This document shows positions 1 through 11,214 of a stretch of DNA of 64,000 nucleotides, piece after piece (position 1 is the stretch's first letter; every line of letters begins with the position of its first letter). The stretch comes from Octopus bimaculoides (Eukaryota). A model generated the notes under the pieces. It was not told the origin of the DNA. It searched no databases and was given only the letters and a program-made list of their open reading frames with translations. Both the position numbers and the translations under genes were made by a program. The DNA is taken from NCBI RefSeq assembly GCF_001194135.2, contig NC_068987.1, positions 19,284,210 through 19,348,209 on the forward strand, written 5' to 3'.

Positions 1-49
<49 letters not shown>

Positions 50-68
50 ATGAGAAAGAGAGAGAGGG
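1..68. repeat. (AG)n microsatellite, representative of dozens of (CA)n, (TA)n, (AG)n, (CATA)n and (TATC)n arrays
   Basis: Other large arrays at 3788-3841, 4318-4380, 7230-7505, 11500-11622, 17960-18105, 20850-21350, 38090-38360 and 52690-52760; most N-gaps abut one. Confidence 0.98.
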
Positions 69-1769
69 AGTTCATATGCCTCAAGATAGATCAAAATGGA
101 TCACCGGTATTGGTCGAAATCCAATAATTCCCAGGCTACGTTTTGGCTCTTGACTGCGTTAAAATCTTTTGAAAAGGGTTAATAGCGTGGCTTCTGCCTA
201 ATTCTGAACCATCTTGCTCAGATCCTCAGCTTAGAACCACAGCCCAACTATATTGCCACCCACGAGAAATTAAATGTGTTGCCACAGGGAAGTCTTAACA
301 CCTACGTGAACATGGTTCGACCACTCAGATCGGCTGATGTGTAATCAAATAGCAGTAGACTTGAAAGTACATTTTGTGAAATTTACCGCCTAATAGTTCT
401 GTCGAAGGTTCTAGAAACTTGACTGAATGTTATAAAAAGTTGGGATACTGAACTACCGAACAGAACAGCCTCCGGTGCTATACAGAACTATGTCAATCAG
501 TTTTATGATAAGGAGTTCTCACCTTTTCTACCTGATCTTTTTTGATAACCGTGAACGACTTTCATATAAATAACTTAAATATTTTGTGCTATAAAGACTT
601 TTAACTAACACATCCACTTTCTTATATATGCTGTTCTATTCATATAATTGTTGTACATTCGTAAGTGCAAAAGTTCCAGGTAATAAAAAATATCAGATAT
701 TAGTGCTGTCATTTTCAACTTCCCACGCAAACTCTCAAATATTTTTATGACAAGACCCATGACAGGCTCAAAAGAGAAGCTGCTGATATGTTTGCAAGCG
801 GCTGGTAATTGGTCAGTTGTAGTCAATCAAAAAATAGTCAAACTGCCTGGTTAAATTTCGCACCAATTTATATATAGAGTAGAGTTTTACCAATCGTGAT
901 ATTTTAAAAAGCTTTTAACTGTGTTTGCGCCTAAACTTATTTCTAACCAATTGTAATATATTTAACAGGTGTTATAATGGGTGAACGAGGGTGAAGGGAA
1001 CAGAAGTCTTTATTTCATGTAGTAACACGTGCATGCGTAGTTGAGAGACAAACAAATAAGTATGGAAGGACAGCGAAAACATAGTTTGCTACATTGCTAC
1101 ATGGATTATCGGTAAACTTAAACGTTGCTTTAAAATTCATGCATGGATCTACCGAGAATGAACGTCTTTTTTTCTGAGATCTGATAAGCAAAAAGTAATC
1201 TTGATTTGCAACAACAAAAAAAACTTAGGCTATGGATACAAACAGTTTTGTTTTTTCCTTCTAGGAAAATGCCCGTGACTCTTTTAAGGAGTAGATTTCG
1301 CTAAAAGCATAAAGAACCAGACACTTTTGTAAGCTGGTAGGCGAATTAAGTCGACCACGAGGTATTTAGATGACAAAAAAAACTAAACTGGTAGGAATTT
1401 AGTCGAAACCGTTTGGACATTTTCCTCGAATCTCTTTATCATAGTGTATCACTATTTAAGTTTTTGTCTGTCCTCTGTGATAAAATTCAGCTTGTGACTG
1501 AGTAAGACCACTTCCTAAACTCAGTAAGACTATGCAAACGTTCTGAGAGCTTAAGAAGATCATGTGCGGGAATTTGTTTTATGTGAATAAAATGTTGCAC
1601 ACCACTGAACCCATTTTATAGCGCGATCTGCTATAAAACCATTGACACAATAGAAGTTGAAACGATCAGAAACTAGCTGTATTTCAGGTATTATATGACT
1701 GTACCTTCTCCTAGAAGGAAGATCTGACGAGAACTAAAGATCCTTTAATCCCATTAGTTCTCATGCTAG

Positions 1770-1927
1770 TTAACCTATACCTGGGACCCTAACAGGTGCT
1801 ACTACTCCGGATCAAAGTAAACCTGGGAACAACCTGTCTAAGAGGTGGTTCAACACTCCTCAGAAGCCCGGAACTCTCGAAACCAAAGCCCTACGACCGG
1901 ATGCAATTTAAAGTCATGCCTAGGACA
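1770..1927 (+). repeat. Dispersed repeat family F, copy 1
   Basis: aggtgctactactccgg ... accggatgcaatttaaag matches 9241-9397. Confidence 0.75.
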
Positions 1928-1956
1928 ATAGTATCACATGCGATACACAGAATAGT

Positions 1957-2200
1957 CATTGGACGGCAGTCATGCTGGGGCACCACCTTGAAATGTTTTG
2001 TCGAACCACTCGACCTCAGTATATGCCTTTTATTAAGTCTTGCACTTATTCGATCGGTTTCTTGTGCTGCACCGCTAAGTTACTGGGATGTAAACAAACC
2101 TACACTGGTTATCAAGCGATGTGGTGGGGACAAACACAAAAGCATACACACACACACTCACACATACATACATGCATACACATACATACATGCATACACA
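1957..2200 (-). mobile_element. tRNA-derived SINE family A (Octopus OK-like), diverged 3' part
   Basis: Matches body/tail motifs of the full copies (gcagtcatgctgg, ccgctaagttac, caaacacaaa). Confidence 0.7.
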
Positions 2201-2212
2201 TACATACATATA

Positions 2213-2548
2213 TTCTTTTATTTTATTTGACTGCGGCCATTCTGGAGCATCGCCTTGAAGGATTTTAGTGGAACAAGTCGACCCCAGGGCTTATTTCTTA
2301 AGCCCAGTACTTGTTCTATCGGTTTCTTTTGCCGAACCGCTAAATTACGGGGGCGTAAACACACCAACACTGGTTGTCAAGTGGTGAAATACACACACTC
2401 ATATGATTCGCTTCTTTCAGCTTCTGTCTATTAAGTCGACTCACAATGCATTGGTTGACCCTGGCTTATAGGAGAAGACACTTGCCCAAGTGACTGAACA
2501 CGAAACCAAGTGATTGCAAAGCGAACTTCTTACTACACAGATATGCCA
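2213..2548 (-). mobile_element. SINE family A, diverged near-full copy
   Basis: gccgaaccgctaaattacgggggcgtaaac ... agaagacacttgcccaag. Confidence 0.8.
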
Positions 2549-3119
2549 AAATTTAATATACAATGCTTTCAATACTTTATTAGGAAAATTTCTTTGAAAT
2601 ACTTAAATCAAGAGAAGTCTTGGCATGCTTTCTACTTGAATTAAGAGCATCGTTGGTGCTTTACAATTGAGAGTGTTGTAACTTCACGGTTAATTAATTT
2701 TGTTTAATGCGGCCGCGCAAATGTATATATAGATATGTAAAATTATAGACGTAAAAAATTTCATGCCCTAGTACAGTTTTGCACATCACTGCTAGATATA
2801 CATAAATTTTACGTCGATCTAAAATAGTTAGGAAAAATATATGTCTAAAATATTGTAAATATTAGAGTGTTTTTGACATATGACAAGGAACTTTGGAAGA
2901 ATAGTTTTGCCGCTATAGGTAATATCAGAAAATATGGCCCACAGACAGTAACTTATATCGAATTTGTGCTTGTACAAACTGAGGAAATGAATACTGGTTT
3001 TTAAATGAAAAACATTTATCTTAAGATAAAATTAGATATAGCAAATTTCTCTTTAAATAACTATCTCTATGATTATTTTTCTTTCATTGTGTCTGTGTGT
3101 AGCGTTCCTTTACGTATTT

Positions 3120-3353
3120 ATTTCTTTATTGCCCACAGAAAAATAAACATAGAGGAGACAAACAAAGACACCCTAGTGCGAAACTGGTACTTATTTAATC
3201 GACCCCGGAAGGATGAAAGGCAAAGTCGACCTTGGCGGAATTTGAACTCAGAACGTAACGGCAGGCGAAATACCGTTACGCAGTTCGCCCGGCGTGCTAA
3301 CGTTTCTTATTTCCTTATTGCCCACAAGGGGCTAAACATAAAGGGGACAAACA
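3120..3353 (-). mobile_element. SINE family C, one copy plus the start of a head-to-tail second copy
   Basis: tttctttattgcccac ... gaatttgaactcagaacgt (B-box-like) ... cgtgctaacgtttct, then ttccttattgcccacaagggg restarts at 3310. Confidence 0.8.
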
Positions 3354-3787
3354 NNNNNNNNNNNNNNNNNNNNNNNNNNNNNNNNNNNNNNNNNNNNNNN
3401 NNNNNNNNNNNNNNNNNNNNNNNNNNNNNNNNNNNNNNNNNNNNNNNNNNNNNNNNNNNNNNNNNNNNNNNNNNNNNNNNNNNNNNNNNNNNNNNNNNNN
3501 NNNNNNNNNNNNNNNNNNNNNNNNNNNNNNNNNNNNNNNNNNNNNNNNNNNNNNNNNNNNNNNNNNNNNNNNNNNNNNNNNNNNNNNNNNNNNNNNNNNN
3601 NNNNNNNNNNNNNNNNNNNNNNNNNNNNNNNNNNNNNNNNNNNNNNNNNNNNNNNNNNNNNNNNNNNNNNNNNNNNNNNNNNNNNNNNNNNNNNNNNNNN
3701 NNNNNNNNNNNNNNNNNNNNNNNNNNNNNNNNNNNNNNNNNNNNNNNNNNNNNNNNNNNNNNNNNNNNNNNNNNNNNNNNNNNNNNN

Positions 3788-3843
<56 letters not shown>

Positions 3844-4313
3844 AGAACACAAGCTATGTACTGCATGTCTAACTTACATAAATGCGTTGTTTGTATGCAT
3901 TCAAAGGCGTGATTTCTGCAAGAATGCTAGCTATGCACAGCATGTCTAACTTACATAAATGAATACAAACAGCAAATCCGGTTTGAATATAAAACTTTCA
4001 AAGTCATAAGAGACAGCTGTGAAGAGGGTGCAAACATTGTATATGGACCTGACATCAATTCTATGGATTTGAGTTTAAAATTACGTGTTTTGGCTCAAGA
4101 AGCAGGATTCATCCTTGATATGTATCTCTGTGTGTATGTATACACACACACACACACACATATATATGTATATAGAATGAGAGAGTGAGAGGGAGAGAGA
4201 GGCAGAGTGAGAGAGGGTGAAAGAGAGTTAAACACAACATCAGAGCGTGGCAAAACGAAATTGCCCCAAATGACAGCGGCCATGTTGAGACACCGCCTCA
4301 AAGACACACATAA

Positions 4314-4384
<71 letters not shown>

Positions 4385-4386
4385 TA

Positions 4387-4785
4387 CTCTTTTACTCTTT
4401 TACTTGTTTCAGTCTTTTGACTGTGACCATGCTGGAGCACCGCCTTTTAGTCGAGCAAATCGACCCCAGGACTTATTCTTTAGAAGCCTAGTACTTATTC
4501 TATCGGTCTCTTTTGCCGAACCGCTAAGTTACGGGGACATAAACACACCAGCATCGGTTGTCAAGCGATGTTGGGGGGACAAACACAGACACACAAACAC
4601 ATACATATATATATACATATATACGACGGGCTTCTTTCAGTTTCCGTCTACCAAATCCACTCTCAAGGCTTTGGTCGGCCCGAGGCTATAGTAGAGAACA
4701 CTCGCCCAAGATGCCAGTGGGACTGAACCCGGGACCATGTGGTTGGTAAGCAAGCTACTTACCACATAGCCACTCCTACACCTAC
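4387..4785 (-). mobile_element. SINE family A, full-length
   Basis: tRNA-like head with A/B-box-like motifs (gtggctatgtggtaag, ggttcagtccc), internal (TA/CA)n, (AGTAAAAG)n tail. Confidence 0.92.
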
Positions 4786-5837
4786 GCCTAGTTATGAAAA
4801 TGAGATTCATTTTTCCTATAAATCTATAATTAAAAAGTTATTAGCCTTTGAAATTTGCAAAATTTGGGTATTTTAGCCAATCAAAGGTTCGTATTTTAGC
4901 CAATCAAATGCGCGTATTTAAGACATCACCGTGGTGAAGCAATTTGTTTCTATAGTAACCTCCAGCAAAGAAGCACCACGTGTTCCATAGCTGATTGCGA
5001 AGAACTCTGTTTCCATAGACACCAAAGATGCTGCGCATGCGCCCAAGGAGTGTAACTGCCGCTTCTATAACAGATGGAACTCACACTCAACAATTTTAGT
5101 TTAATGTTTTGACATGCCGATTCCCCCCACCCACCCGCTCCCTGATAATAGAAGAGGCAGCAAACGTGGTGTTATCTGATTGGCTGAAAATTCTGAAAAT
5201 TATCAAAGTTTGAACACCTGTAACATTTTCGCAAACTTTTTCTGGNNNNNNNNNNNNNNNNNNNNNNNNNNNNNNNNNNNNNNNNNNNNNNNNNNNNNNN
5301 NNNNNNNNNNNNNNNNNNNNNNNNNNNNNNNNNNNNNNNNNNNNNNNNNNNNNNNNNNNNNNNNNNNNNNNNNNNNNNNNNNNNNNNNNNNNNNNNNNNN
5401 NNNNNNNNNNNNNNNNNNNNNNNNNNNNNNNNNNNNNNNNNNNNNNNNNNNNNNNNNNNNNNNNNNNNNNNNNNNNNNNNNNNNNNNNNNNNNNNNNNNN
5501 NNNNNNNNNNNNNNNNNNNNNNNNNNNNNNNNNNNNNNNNNNNNNNNNNNNNNNNNNNNNNNNNNNNNNNNNNNNNNNNNNNNNNNNNNNNNNNNNNNNN
5601 NNNNNNNNNNNNNNNNNNNNNNNNNNNNNNNNNNNNNNNNNNNNNNNNNNNNNNNNNNNNNNNNNNNNNNNNNNNNNNNNNNNNNNNNNNNNNNNNNNNN
5701 NNNNNNNNNNNNNNNNNNNNNNNNNNNNNNNNNNNNNNNNNNNNNNNNNNNNNNNNNNNNNNNNNNNNNNNNNNNNNNNNNNNNNNNNNNNNNNNNNNNN
5801 NNNNNNNNNNNNNNNNNNNNNNNNNNNNNNNNNNNNN

Positions 5838-5993
5838 CTGGTGTGTTTACGTCCCCGTAACTTAGCGGCTCGGCAAAAGAGACCGATAGAATAAGTACTA
5901 GGCTTGCAAAGAATAAGTCCTGGGGTCGATTTGCTCGACTAAAAGGCGGTGCTCCAGCATGGCCACAGTCAAATGACTAAAACGAGTAAAGGA
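5838..5993 (+). mobile_element. SINE family A, 3' part (5' end in gap)
   Basis: gtgtttacgtccccgtaacttagcgg ... aaatgactaaaacgagtaaagg. Confidence 0.88.
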
Positions 5994-6469
5994 GATATGC
6001 ATATATACGTACATGTATGTACATACCTACATCTACATGTATATATATAGATGCATATCTGGGTACAGGACGTTGCAAAAAAAAACCTGGACAAAATGAT
6101 AAACAGAGTACAGAAAACACACAGGCCACATAGAGAACATTTCCTTCATCATAATATTAACCTGGTACTCATTTCCTGTTTGAGTGGGCTGAAGCAATGT
6201 GAAGCGGATTGTCTTTGTCGAAGGACACCACGCGTCGCTCTATCCAGGAATCGGACCACTAATTTTTCAGACGTGAGTCTAACATCCCGTAACCACCAAA
6301 TCACACAAACCATCTTAAATCATGACACCGAATATTAGCCATTAATTTCTAACTTTTTAGTGCTCACTACACTAATTATGTTGATACTAATAATGTACAC
6401 TTTTTGTACGTAATATTTATCGACAGTCTCGATTTCCTTGGATTTTACTGTTACACTAGCTTTTGATCA

Positions 6470-7120
6470 GTTACCTCCCCTCTCTCTCTCTCTCTCTCTC
6501 TCCCTCTCTCTCTCTCTCCCTCCCTCCCTTACCTTCCCTTCCTCCCCTACCTTCTCTCCCTCTCTCTTACTCTCTCTATCCACTGAGCTTCCTTCTTCCT
6601 CCCTCTCACTTACCCTCCTTCTACAATGTTCCAGTCTCCCTCTCTGTTACCCTTTCTCTATTAGGTTTCCTTCCCCCTTCTTTTACTCTCTATTAAGCTT
6701 CATTTCCCTCTCCCCTCTCTCTCCCTCTCTCTAACTAACTAAACTTCCTTTCCCCCTCTCTCTACTAAGCTGTTTCTCCCTCTGTCTCCCTTTTACCCTC
6801 TCTCTCTACAAAGCTGTTTTCTCCTACAAATTTTACTTTCCTTCTTTCTGTCCTCCCTTTCTCAGTATCCCTTATCAACCCTCTCCCTTTCTCTCTACTA
6901 AGTTTCCTTCTCCGTCTCTCTTACCCTTTCTCTACTAAGTTTCCGCCTTCTCTTTTTTACCCCCTCCCTCTTTATTAAGCATCTAAATTTCAATCACCCT
7001 CTCTTTTCCTCCTCTCTCCTACCCTGTCTCGACTAAACTTTCTTCTCTCTCTCTCTCTCTCTCTCTTATACCCCCTCTCTGTACAAAGTTCTCCTTCCTT
7101 CTCTCTTCCTCCCCTTCCCA
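6470..7120 (+). repeat. Polypyrimidine low-complexity tract with a cryptic ctctctactaag unit
   Basis: Almost no G on the + strand; the motif ctctctactaagtttcc recurs several times. Confidence 0.85.
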
Positions 7121-8405
7121 ATGCAAACATTACCGATACACTCGAAACTGCTGACTCGATGTCAAGAGAACACAAAACATGACAACGTCGTCATATTTTA
7201 CGGACACGTCAGACATTTTACTGTTGTAGCAGAGAGAGAGAGAGACAGAGAGACAGAGAGAGAGAGTGAGAGACAGAGAGAGAGAGAAAAAGAGAGAGAG
7301 GACATAGAGTGTTTGTGTGTGCGTATTTGGGTCCGTATGTTTTTGCGTGTGTGTGTGTGTGTGTATGTGTGTATGTGTGTGAGAGAGATGACAGGATAAA
7401 TAGATTAAAAATACATACGCACACATTTATCTTCACATACACAGCACACAAATATACTTGTACATACACATACACACAAGCACACACACACACACACACA
7501 CACATAGACACATGCTGATATACTCAGACATACATACATACATACAAATATAATGCTAAGTGATAATATACAAGCAAATAGATTTATGTATTTATGTGTA
7601 TGTATAATATACAGTGTGTATCATATCTTTTACGTGCTTCAATCATTGGACTGCGGCCATAATCGGAGAAGAAAAAACACATCATTGATGAGGTTGCAAT
7701 TAGCCACAAAAGGACATTGACGGGCAGCTGATGGATTATTTAACAGACTCATTAAACAAGTGATCGATTAGCTGATTGGTTTGATAACTAACTAATTGAC
7801 TAACAATAAAGAAGTGAAACTGAACCAGTGCCTGTGTTTATAATTGGTGTAACGACCCTCCCAAGGCTCACCATCAATCATCTCTACACCAGATGATTGA
7901 TGAGGACCTGTGCTGGTCAAGGAAAGGTCAGTCCTTTGTTTAGGATTTGACCTACACTACCGACCATAGTCTATATAACAGGGAGAATTTCCCATCTCTT
8001 CTTCTTATGTGTCAGCCAGACCAGCGAGCTACACGCTCTTTTGCGTCAGGTATGACCATGAGCAGCACTTCCCTTTCGGCCGCAAGAAAGACGATGCCAC
8101 CTTTCTTCCTTTCTGGTCAGCACCGTGCATTCATTACTCTTTCACTCTCTACTGACAGACAACCTTTTCCTACACTATCAACTACTAATCAGCGAACCAA
8201 CCGTCTCACTATCACTAGAATCGCTGCTGTCTCTTTCACTACCTGTCGGGAAAACAAATAAACGTTTGTAAATAATATTTCTTCCTTCTTGGTGTTGATT
8301 CTTCGATGTTTATTGATACTCCGACGCGAGAAGTTTCAAGCGTGTGGAAATCAGTCGTACACACACAAGCATATGCATATATTGTTTTATTCTTTTTTTT
8401 TTGTT

Positions 8406-8826
8406 TTTGTTTCAATCATTTGACTGTGGTCATGCTGGAGCACTACCTCGAAGTATTTTAGTCGAACAAATCGACCCCAAGGCTTATTTTTAAAGTTTAG
8501 TACTTATTCTATCGGCCTCTTGTGCTGAACCGCTAAGTGACGGGGACGTAAACACACCAACACCGGTTGTCAAGCGGTGATGGAGGACAAATACAGGCGC
8601 ATACATACATACATACATACATACATACATACATACATACATACGTATGTATATATATATGACAGGCTTCTTTCAGTTTCCGTCTACCAAATCCACACAC
8701 TAGGTTTCGGTCGGCCCGAAGCTATAGTGAAAGACACTTGACCAAGGTGTCACGCAGTGGGACAGAACCTGGAACCATGTGGTTGGGAAGCAAGTTTCAT
8801 ACCACGCGGCCACACCTGCGCTTGTA
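8406..8826 (-). mobile_element. SINE family A, full-length with internal (CATA)n
   Basis: Same head, body and tail as 4387-4785. Confidence 0.9.
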
Positions 8827-8856
8827 TATGCATGAATACATACATACATACATACA

Positions 8857-8888
<32 letters not shown>

Positions 8889-9240
8889 CGCATGCATACA
8901 TCAGCAGCAGCAACAGCAAATCAGGTGACTTGTCCTGATCAATTGCAACTTTTCCTCACCAGACGTTCCAATCGAACGATGCGGTATGGGTTTTAAACAC
9001 ATTGGTCTTTCGCTGGCTGAAATATTTCCACTGCGCATATCACAACTACTGCTTTCATCAGTAGTGCGCTTACTGAACTGGTTGGTCCTGGCCGTTGACA
9101 GTTTGTTGTCCGTCTACCCGCTCAGCATCTGCTGGTGTTCGACATTGATTCAGCAAGCTCATTTACCAAAATAGTTTATACATCAACCATGCTGATTCTC
9201 ATGATTTCAACTTATTCTGGCTCAGGGGTTTACATGCTAT

Positions 9241-9397
9241 TTAACTCATACCGGGGACCCAGATAGGTGCTACTACTCCGGGTCAGAGTGGACCTGCAAC
9301 AATAATGACTGAGAGGCGGTTTCACGGTCTTCAAAACCCTGGAATTCCCCAACCAGGGCCCCACTACCGGATGCAGTTTAAAGCCATACCCAAGACA
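9241..9397 (+). repeat. Dispersed repeat family F, copy 2
   Basis: aggtgctactactccgg ... accggatgcagtttaaag. Confidence 0.75.
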
Positions 9398-9964
9398 TGT
9401 GTGTGTGTGTGGTTTGTATGTTTGATTTCTGAATGTGCATGTCTGTATTTATGTATGTATGGATATACGCATGCATGTGTATAAAATTAAATAAATGACA
9501 AAAGAAAAGGAAATTATGCAATGAAATTCATTAACTTACATCTGTTTCTGCGATAAGATGCGGTGAACTCAGAGTCGAGTGCAATTTCCGTATTATTTTT
9601 CTTGCTCATTTACTCTGAAGCAAAGATAATTAAAATTTAACTGTAGATTCACATCTAAACTATTTCTGGATCTTGTTCAAAACGGGGGCACCAGTTTTCA
9701 TTTATGTTTTATGTAGTGTTTTTGATACCGAAAGACTTTCAAACTTCGTATACTTATCTATTTTGTGTTATAGAACAGAAAAAAAATTTTGTATTCGAAT
9801 TTATTTCATGTAAAAAATTGTCATATTTCGATAATTTCAACCAATCACTGACAAGTATTCAGCTGTTTACACTTACTCCATTGGCAATTTAAGCGGTGTA
9901 AAGCGTATTTAATCTCCATTACTTCTGACATTTTGCAGAGAGGCAACACACGTGTGTTCGTTTT

Positions 9965-9988
9965 CCCTAACCCTAACCCTAACCCTAA
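9965..9988 (-). repeat. Interstitial (TTAGGG)4
   Basis: ccctaa x4, perfect. Confidence 0.9.
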
Positions 9989-10493
9989 TTGACTTGCTCC
10001 TTCCCTCAAAAACCAAGCCTTGTGCCTATAATAGAAAGGTTTATTANNNNNNNNNNNNNNNNNNNNNNNNNNNNNNNNNNNNNNNNNNNNNNNNNNNNNN
10101 NNNNNNNNNNNNNNNNNNNNNNNNNNNNNNNNNNNNNNNNNNNNNNNNNNNNNNNNNNNNNNNNNNNNNNNNNNNNNNNNNNNNNNNNNNNNNNNNNNNN
10201 NNNNNNNNNNNNNNNNNNNNNNNNNNNNNNNNNNNNNNNNNNNNNNNNNNNNNNNNNNNNNNNNNNNNNNNNNNNNNNNNNNNNNNNNNNNNNNNNNNNN
10301 NNNNNNNNNNNNNNNNNNNNNNNNNNNNNNNNNNNNNNNNNNNNNNNNNNNNNNNNNNNNNNNNNNNNNNNNNNNNNNNNNNNNNNNNNNNNNNNNNNNN
10401 NNNNNNNNNNNNNNNNNNNNNNNNNNNNNNNNNNNNNNNNNNNNNNNNNNNNNNNNNNNNNNNNNNNNNNNNAAAAAAAAAAAGCAGAAAGTG

Positions 10494-10593
10494 TTAATCA
10501 GATATAGGTATTTCGTTCTTAATCAGTTATAGGTATTTCGTTCTTAATCAGTTATAGGTATTTCGTTCTTAATCAGTTATAGGTATTTCGTTC
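10494..10593. repeat. Minisatellite, 4 x 25 bp (ttaatcagttataggtatttcgttc)
   Basis: Four contiguous units with one mismatch in the first. Confidence 0.95.
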
Positions 10594-10672
10594 GATGTCA
10601 AATTCATGACAATCCTTTTTTCGCTTAACATAGCGTTGTGGACATCCGAAGATCGTGAAGTATATTTGTGAT

Positions 10673-11214
10673 CACTGTCGTAGCTAGAAGAGGGAAGTGG
10701 GGGAAGATCCGCCCCGGGCGGCACAACTTTTAGGTCTGTTGTAGGCAATACTCTTTTACTCTTTTACTTGTTTCAGTCATTTGACTGTAGCCATACTGGA
10801 GCACCGCCTTTAGTCGAGAAAATCGACCCCAGGACTTATTCTTTGTAAGCCTAGTACTTATGCTATCGGTCTCTTTTTGCCGAACCGCTAAGTTACGGGG
10901 ACGTAAACACACCAGCATCGGTTGTCAAGCGATGGTGGGGTGGGGGGGACAAACAGACACACAAACACACACACACACATATATATATATATACATATAT
11001 ACGACGAGCTTCTTTCAGTTTCCGTCTACCAAATCCATTCACAAGGCTTTGGTCGGCCCGAGGCTACAGTAGAAGACACTTGCCTAAGATGCCACGCAGT
11101 GGGACTGAACCCGGAACCATGTGGCTGGTAAGCAAGCTACTTACCACACAGGTGACCTGGGTACGGTAAACTGAAGGGCCGCCCACGGCGGCACACACTG
11201 TAGCTACGCTAGTG
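10673..11214. mobile_element. Small hAT MITE (about 140 bp) split by a SINE
   Basis: TIR cactgtcgtagctag / gtagctacgctagtg (12/15); perfect 8-bp TSD tttgtgat at 10665-10672 and 11215-11222. Confidence 0.85.
10751..11150 (-). mobile_element. SINE family A nested in a hAT MITE
   Basis: Near-consensus copy splitting the element at 10673-11214. Confidence 0.92.

Noticed and set aside
130-830. Possible transposase or RT remnant
   Set aside because: It looks decayed-coding, but I could not find a convincing motif in any frame.
7947-8261. 104-aa + strand ORF and a 34-nt micro-exon (about 8017-8050, donor CAG|GTATGA)
   Set aside because: No recognisable product or partner exons; it conflicts with a better minus-strand acceptor in the same segment.
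10494-10593. CRISPR-like array
   Set aside because: Units are contiguous with no spacers, there are no cas genes, and the context is eukaryotic.
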